A stretch of 64,000 bases of DNA from Blastocystis sp. Blastoise. Its lineage: Eukaryota; Protista; Bigyra: Opalinata. Below are positions 47,989-64,000 of this stretch, one piece after another. Location of the stretch: positions 310,001 to 374,000 of the forward strand of contig JBBPEB010000030.1 of assembly GCA_039096225.1 (NCBI GenBank), in the 5' to 3' direction. Under the pieces are notes generated by a model, which was not told where the DNA came from, did not search any database, and saw only the letters and a program-made list of their open reading frames with translations. Each line of letters starts with the position of its first letter. The stretch's first letter is position 1. The position numbers were made by a program, and so were the translations under genes.

Positions 47989-49395
47989 TTATATTTTTCT
48001 TGGTACTATAAAGGATTAAAAGTTATAATAGAGAAAATATAAATATAATACAGAAAATGTAAATATAATACAGAAAATATAAATATAATAGAGAAAATGT
48101 AAATATAATAGAGAAAATGTAAATATAATAGAGAAAATATAAATATAATAGATAAAACTAAACTATTAGATAAATTTAAAAAATTGGAAAAAATAAAAAT
48201 ATTTGATAAAAACTAAGATAATATAAATATATATATATAATTAGCATACCTATACAGAGACAGTTTCTATTTGTAAAATAATAATGTTCTATAGCTTCAA
48301 GAGACAATGATGACGCATTGTACGAACAGAGGAGAAGAATAGGGAAAATAATACTGGGAATAATGCACGTACCAATATCAAACTATATATATATATATAT
48401 ATATCATTCATACATAATAAATAAATAAATTATATATGAACTCTATAATAGAAGAATGAATATATTTTTTTATAGTAAATATGTAGATATACAGGAATAG
48501 AGTCAGTTGAGTAATCGACATAATTCATAAGTGTAAGTGCCAAAGAGGAGAAGAAGAAGCAGAAAGCAGTCCAAGGAAATCGTGTGAATGAAGGAATTGA
48601 CTCTAATACTATAAATGGAAGAGGAAGAAGAGAAGTAGAGAAACCATAAAGGCTAAGGAATGAAGAAAAAAGGAAAAGAATTGAAGATAATGATGACTGA
48701 AATATACTATAGAAATTAAAATAGATTTGTTTTAATTATTGTAAACATTTTTAATATTGAATAAATATATATATATAATTGATATATATATATAATTGAT
48801 ATATAGATATATAGTTGACATATAAATCTATAATTGATATATATACTCTTTTTGTAAATATAGATATATAAGAAGTGTATTGCCTAATAAATAAAAGAAA
48901 TATCCATAATAAGCAGGGAAATATCGACTTTCTTCATCATAACTATTTATATTATACTATATATAATAAGAATTAATATAGAATTATAAAGAAGATAATA
49001 AATTATATATAAAAAGCGATATTATTATTATTATAATTATATATTATTAGCTTTATTATTATTACATACAGCCAAACAACCAATAATAAACAGTAATAAC
49101 CAATAGTTTTGAGAATAATCCAATTGAATTCCTGTTAAATTCAAGTAGAGATGACTCAATAAATTATACATATAAGGTATATTAATACCCTAGATAGAGT
49201 ATATATTAAGAATATTAAATTATTATAAATTACATAAATAATATATATATATACAGCTAATATTATAAAGCAAAGATATGTTGAGAAATGAGGAAATGAA
49301 TAAGAACAAAATAATTTACACGAAGATATATTTAAATCCTATATATATATTTATAAATTAATTATTATCATCAATATAATAATAATTATATATAG

Positions 49396-49429
<34 letters not shown>

Positions 49430-51180
49430 GTTGAGATGTCTTAATATTTTGAACTCTTGATGTAAATAGAGATCGACTTTCTTCATATAAAGCCTAACGA
49501 AAAAAAAAAAATTATTATTATTATTATATTATTATTATCATAAAATAATTAAATTAAAATATAATAAAATAAGAATATTTTAAATAAAATAATATAATAA
49601 AATAATAAAATAATATAATAATAATATAAAAGAATAAAATAATAAATAAAATGAATACTTCAAAAGTAGAGAGAACAGCTTGTGTTCCATCGGTTCCTTC
49701 TTCTGATGTTCCTACTTTCATTTGTATAGATATATATACAGGCGATCGTGGAGAGTTACTATAATAATAGAGAAAAGAGAGTTGAAAAAGAATAGTAACA
49801 CATTCAAGAAGAAGACGATTATGATCCACAAGAAGAGAGGGAAAACAAGATATTAATAGTTGACTATATATATTATTATTATTATTATGTTTATTATTAT
49901 TCTTATTAACCATATTATTATTATTATTATTATTATTATTGTTATTATTATATATAATATAGAAATATATACGCTAATACTGATCCATTAAGAATACAAA
50001 TAAGAATAAGAATAACATAATAACCACGATATTTTGGTGGTGATATTTCATGTATATATACAATAGAGGATACAATTATAAGCGAAATACCTATTCCATG
50101 ACTTATACAGACTATATATATATATATTATTATAACATTAATAAATATTATAATAATAATATAATAACTATTATTATCATAGAGTAACTTCACGAAAAAC
50201 AATATATAGAATTATATAATATCAATAACAAAATTTAGTAAAAGAAAAGTATATATATGAATAAAATTATAATATATACTAAATCCTTTCATAAAGTATC
50301 CAGAGGCCATAGATATATTATCGACAATAAAGAAGAATGTTCCCACAAAATAGATAAAATGACCAAATATCATATATTGTTTTCTACATAAATAATTACG
50401 AATAAATACCATAAAAAGACAACCTAATATAAATCCATAATTCCACTATATATTTATAACAATTTAAACAAATATATATTTTATAAAAATAGTATATAGT
50501 AAATAAATGTATTTTAAATAAAAATTTTATAATAATAAAATAATATATATTATATAATAAAAAAATAAAAATATACCCAACAAGTAGAAAAATAATTTTC
50601 AGTAGACGCATTATGATAGCCTTCAATCACTATATATTCATATATATATCATAATTCATTTACTATAATAAAATTCTAAAAAAACTAAATCAAATATATT
50701 ATAAAAAACAAATAAATCAAATATATTAAAAATAAATAAATAAATAAAAATATATTATAAAAAACAAATAAATCAAATATATAAAAAAAATAAAATAAAT
50801 CTATAAATACTCCAAGAAGCACATGAAAAATCATATCCAATAAGAAATAAGGATATATAAAAGAATATTAAGCAGATTTTTGTTTTAAATGAAAATAGTA
50901 TCGTAGTAGGTCTTTCATCTGAATAAGAATTTGGTGAAGGACAACTACTACCATTTGCTGAACTAGAATCTGTAAGACTTAACTCTGAAATAGTCAGAAA
51001 TTTAGAATCACTATTCAAAGATGAATCTGGCAAGTTTATTACAGTATGGATTGGTTGCATCACCATCTCACCTAATTAAAGTTAATATAAATAACACTAT
51101 TTAACTATTAAAAGCAAAATACCTTTACAATACATGTCACTATTTGGTGAATTCCCATCTTGAGAATTTAGCATCATCAT
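47989..51180 (-). CDS. Divergent MFS sugar-porter family transporter (multi-exon)
   Basis: LFLIGYDFS (TM1), IVYIHEISPPKYRG sugar-porter signature, SPRSP, QLNGINSIG, tail SLEAIEHYY; many hydrophobic exons. Confidence 0.8.
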
Positions 51181-51757
51181 GTCTTACAAATATCACACAA
51201 ATAAAAGCACAAATAAAACAAACAATTAAGGACCACTAAGGTTTTGAGCAAACGATTTTAAATGAATCTATAAGATTTATATGATTTATAATTCAAAAAG
51301 TTTATTACATAAAACTATGTGTTTTAAGAGAAACAAAAATTCAAAAAGTGATAAATGTTCCATTTCAAAGTGGAATGAAAATTCTCAAGAATAAAAGTTA
51401 TATAATACTTGAGCGTGTATAGTTTCCCATAAATAATTTTTGTCCTCATATTTGAAATTCAAATGTTGTCATTTGGCGAGTTAAGAAACTTGTTCTATAG
51501 CATAATTCTCTCTTTCCTGATTTCAAAAATGTTTTAAATTGAAATTTTAAATGAAAAATGATCAAAATATTCACATTCAGAGTTCGCAAGTCTTTTTTCA
51601 ATTTGATTTGAGCTTTTTTAGTATTCTTGTATTTCTGATTACTCATTTTAATGATGATTCCATAAATGTTTTTTCATTTAGTTCACTATATGAAGAAATG
51701 GGCAAAAAAGACCATACTGTATATCCATCTATAGATGTGAAAATTTCGGTTCAACTT

Positions 51758-51830
51758 GCGGCTTTAGCTCAGCTGGAAGAGCATAGGTCTCATAATCCTA
51801 AGGTCATGAGTTCGATCCTCATAAGCCGCA
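51758..51830 (+). tRNA. tRNA-Met(CAT), elongator type
   Basis: GCGGCTT/AAGCCGC acceptor, GCTC/GAGC D arm, TAGGT-CTCATAA-TCCTA anticodon arm, ATGAG-TTCGATC-CTCAT T arm, followed by TTTTT. Confidence 0.97.
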
Positions 51831-52036
51831 TCTTTTTATGTTGTTCCTCTTTTTTTTTGTTTTGTTTAGAATAGTTTATTTATTTAAAAAATAATGAATA
51901 ACAACATAAGAATAGAATAGAATGAAAAATAATAAATACAAAAAAAGAGAAAAAATAATTATAATAAGCAATAAAATATATTTTGTTGTTTTTGTATGTA
52001 AAAAGAGAGATTTATCATATAATAAAAAAGATAAAA

Positions 52037-59779
<7,743 letters not shown>

Positions 59780-60968
59780 CCTATATTGTTTTATACTCTT
59801 ATCAATAGAAATATATAGTTTTCAATTTTTAAAACAAATAACGCTATTCCCTTGAGAAAAAGTACCTATGTCATTTTTATTTCATTTTTTCTTCATTATT
59901 CTTTAAAGATAAAATTTAATTTTAAAGCTGATAAAGACATAAATATTAGCTATAATTTATTAGTTGCAATCTCCAGCATGTTTAGCTTGGTTTTATGATA
60001 TTAGAATATGTATTGTCTTGGTGTTCATTGAAATGACACACACATTTTGGGTAGAATACAAATATTCTTTTGTATGTAAAATTATTCTGTAAGGTGAGGT
60101 TAGTGACTTTAGTATGCTTTAAGGAAAATCATTGAATAATTTGATACTCATTCATAATTATATTACTAATTTCGATTTCTAAAATATATTATTAGCTAAG
60201 CTTATGGATCAATTTTTTAAATGATTGTAAACAAGGATTTAAAGTCAATTATGTTTTTCTTTTTTTTATGAAACCATATTATTATGCTTCAATTAACTCA
60301 TGTATAAGTTTGATATATTACTGCTATTATCCTCACATATTATTTCCTTATAAGAAAAAGAAAAGTTAATCGACTTCTACGTAATCTATCAATTTTTCGC
60401 AAAAAAAACTTTGTTTATTCAATAAATATTCTAACTAATTTGAATTATCCAACAAAAATTAATTTCTTAGGTCAACAACATGATAAGACATTCGATTTCA
60501 ATGTATATGAGATGAATTTGAATTGCTAAAGAGCTGCACATATTAGTATTACATAAGCTGATATACATTCAACATGTATAAGGCTTGAAGAATCATTGTG
60601 AATAAAAAAAGAAAAAAATTATGGGAATCTTTTGGAATCTATAAGAAAAGTATGGAATAATTATAAAGACCATGGTTTTATATAGAATAAATTTGTTCCT
60701 CACAGATTGCGCGATTGATTGGCAAGAATAAATAAAAATCAAGAAAAGAGGTGGAATAAAAACCAATTCAATATTACTTTTTATATCAACAAAGAATACA
60801 CTGTTTTTTAAGTTTTCAAACTTTTAAACACTTCGTTATTGTATAAATTGTTTTATATCAAGACAAAAACGCTTAATAAAGTATATAACATGAAAATTAT
60901 TTCTTATAATAGCATAATCGAGTCACTATTATTATTTTGCTGTACATTTAATATAAAAATTTATATAG

Positions 60969-63056
60969 ATGTCTGCTACTGAACCTGCTGTTGAACCTAT
61001 GCCTAGAGAAGAAATGCTTGAAGCTATCAAGAAACAAGTTGAATTTTATTTCTCCAAGGAAAACTTATCTGCTGATCCTCATCTTGTTTCTCAAATGAAT
61101 GAAAGTTATTTTGTTCCTCTTTCCGTCATTCTTGGTTTTAAGAAGATTACTCAACTTACTAGTAATATGGAAGATCTTATTGAAGCCATTAAAGATTCTC
61201 CTTCTGTTATTTTAAATGAAAATCAAACTATGATCAAACCTAATATTAAGTTAGAAAGAAAGACTATTATTCTTCGTGATATTGCTTCGGATGTTCCTAA
61301 AGAAGAAATTGAAGAATTATTTAAAGGTTTAGGTACTATTGAATCGTTAAAGAGTGATGTTGGTAATACTTGGTATATATTATTCTATTCATATTCATAA
61401 ATTGTATAGTTTTATTATCCTTTTTTATTATTTTGTTTTTATTATTTTGTTTTTATTATATTTATATTATATTTATTATATATTGTTTATTTATTTATTT
61501 ATTATTATAATATAGGTTCCTTACTATGGATAGTGAAGATACTGCTGTTAATGCATTACTTGAACTTAAGAATCGTAAATTCCGTGATCAAGCTGTTAAG
61601 GCTAGACTGAAGAGCGAAAACCTTCTTCGTACTATCTATAAACCAACTATGGGTATATATATTTAATAGTTTTTTTTAAAAATATTTTAAATTATTTAAT
61701 TTATATATAATTATACACATATAGTTCCTCCTATGATTCCTGCTATGAATGCAAATATGACTGAAGGTATTAATCCAGTTGCTCCTGCTCCTTTCTTCCC
61801 TCCTTATCCTAAATCGAATGGTTTCTATGGTATTCCTCCTTATTTCCCTTATCCTACTCAAAATCAAGAGAAGAATCCCAAGAAACATAGTAAGGGTCAT
61901 AAGAAGGGTGGTAAACATGAAGAAAGAGAAAAGGAAAATATTGCTATTATTATTCCTCAAGCTCAATCTAGTGTTCATTTCCCTCCTCTTATTCCTACTG
62001 GTACTAATCAACAAGATATGTGTACTAACGGTTATAATAATAAACCTTTTAAGAAGTATTCTAATGATGATATTCTTGATATTGTTAGAGTATATAGATC
62101 TTATTATTATTATATTTATTATTATATTTATTATTATATTTATTATTATATTTATTATTATATTTATTATTATATTTATTATTATATTTATTATTATATT
62201 TATTATTATATTTATTATTATATTTATTATTATATTTATTATTATATTTATTATTATATTTATTATTATATTTTATTATTATATTTATTATTATATTTAT
62301 TATTATATTTATTATTATATTTATTATTATATTTATTATTATTATATTTATATTTATCATCTATATAGAAGATGAGTGATCTTTCTATTCCTTCTACTAT
62401 TGAAGCTGGTGATCATAGTGAAGTCCTTGTTGAAGCTAATCCTGAACTTGTTGAAAAGGGTAGAACTATGTCTATCGATCAAGCTTTATCTCATGGTATA
62501 TATATATATATATCAAACCTTATTTATGGATATGATATATTTATGTTTATCTATAATAATAAGAATAATAAACATATAATAATTAATCTATACTAATCTC
62601 TAGGTCGTCCTCGTACTTTATCTGTTGATAGTGTCGATTATACTTGTATGGTTTATGGTAATCAAGAAGATGAAGTCTTAGAACAAGTCAGAAAACAAAG
62701 AAAGGGAAAGAAACATACTAAACCGTATATAATTAAATTATAATAATAATAATAATATATATATATATATATTATAGTTATGCTGCTGTTGTTATGAATG
62801 GTATTCCTAATGAAGGTGCTAAAGGTATATTTATATATATATATATAACATATAGCATTACTTATAATAATATAAATATATAGAAGCTCCTAAGACAGAG
62901 AAAGAAGGAAAACCTGTTGCTAAATCTGCTCCTAAGGATACTAAGAAGGACAATAAAGAATCAAAGCCTAAGAATAATAATAGACAACCTCATAGAAATA
63001 ATAATAATAATAAAGGAAAGAAAGAAGAAAAGAAAGCTGATAAACCTAAGAATTAA
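60969..63056 (+). CDS. La-related protein (La motif + RRM; LARP4-like)
   Basis: IKKQVEFYFSKENLSADPHLVSQM, RKTIILRDI, NTWFLTM, VKARLKS, HFPPL; multi-exon, ends KPKN*. Confidence 0.88.
62101..62345. repeat. 12-bp tandem repeat (TATTATTATATT)n in an intron
   Basis: Directly visible; produces the spurious YYYI/IIIF ORFs. Confidence 0.9.
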
Positions 63057-63566
63057 ATAGTTATTTATTTATGAATCTTTTGAATTATTATATTTATTGA
63101 ACACTTTTTTTTATTCTCTTTTATTTTATCTAACTATCAATGGCGTATATATATAATCTATTCTTTTTTAATTGTAAAATAAAAAACAAAAAAATACTTT
63201 TTAAATTCTTTCTGTATTTATTTTTATTAATAAATACTATTTTATTTTTTAAATTTTTGTTATATAATTTATGTTTGATATTATATAATATTTTTATATG
63301 TTTATAATATCATATATAAGCATTATTTTCTTTATCATATATATTTTCTTGCATCCTCTAGTTTGGCTTCTATATAAATGACACTATTGTCACAGATGTT
63401 GTAGCTATGCAATCGAATCCACACTTACAAAACAATATTTTGAATCAAAAAAAAAATATATAGTACAACAAATGAATGTGTAATTGACACACAAAAGAAA
63501 CAGAATAATATATGAATATCATATAATTATAAATAATAATAAGAAACACGAAAAAAAAAAAGATAA

Positions 63567-64000
63567 TTAAACATGAATAACTTTGGGTTGATTCGTTTCA
63601 CTATTTATATCTTTCTTACTATGATGATGAGGTTCACTTTTGTCTTTCTTATTACTATCACCACGTTTTAAAGAACCAACTTTCTTTGTTTGTAATTGCT
63701 TCTTATTTTGTTTATATAATTTTGTTTTCTCTCCAGCTATTGTCTTCACAGATCGTCTTATAAATCTTAAATAAACAAGGAATAAAAGAAGAAGAACTAC
63801 AACGAAAACAGCTACAATAATAATAATTATTTGTGTATTATCATTTACACCATAAAAACAACCATCAGTATTCACATAAACATAAGTACCTCTATTAAAA
63901 TGCAATTTACCATTTTCATCAATATCAAATTTTAAAGTAACATCTTTATTTACATAATCAGTTAATCCATCCCAAACGTTCGAACTATACCATAAACAAG
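63567..64000 (-). CDS. 3' part of a type-I membrane protein, paralog of 45970-46892 (5' end outside the window)
   Basis: ...VTLKFDIDENGKLHFNRGTYVYVNTDGC, then TM IIIIIVAVFVVVLLLLFLVYL and a basic tail. Confidence 0.75.
   Translation of the reverse strand, partial: CLWYSSNVWDGLTDYVNKDVTLKFDIDENGKLHFNRGTYVYVNTDGCFYGVNDNTQIIIIIVAVFVVVLLLLFLVYLRFIRRSVKTIAGEKTKLYKQNKKQLQTKKVGSLKRGDSNKKDKSEPHHHSKKDINSETNQPKVIHV

Noticed and set aside
51551-51874. 107-aa ORF
   Set aside because: It overlaps a perfect tRNA-Met gene and has no protein features.

Overview
Very AT-rich, intron-dense eukaryotic DNA with short GTAT...TAG introns, many padded with microsatellites. The style fits a Blastocystis-like gut stramenopile, but that is an inference. 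Host genes: GCN2 (runs off the left edge), CHID1, a small mitochondrion-type membrane protein, asparaginyl-tRNA synthetase, DDB1, two paralogous type-I membrane proteins, a sugar-porter MFS, tRNA-Met(CAT), a CEP192/Spd-2-like protein and a La-related protein. About 25 kb is made of DNA transposons whose ends can be read exactly. (1) A 6.4-kb non-autonomous Helitron (8630-15058) sits in the last intron of CHID1 and strands its terminal exon. It carries two covarying, non-canonical tRNA-like cloverleafs, a phase-1 micro-exon array, a divergent spliced non-coding unit and ~245/490-bp repeats. (2) A 2.65-kb hAT (Ac-like) non-autonomous element with an 8-bp TSD contains a nested Tc1/mariner-type element. 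(3) A 16.2-kb hAT (Buster/Charlie-like) element with an 8-bp TSD has an apparently intact BED-finger transposase with large insertions, plus cargo: a pseudogenised intron-containing UTP20 fragment and two degenerate tRNA-like Pol III units. The best candidate for something undescribed is the Helitron-borne module of structurally conserved tRNA-like RNAs plus the micro-exon array.
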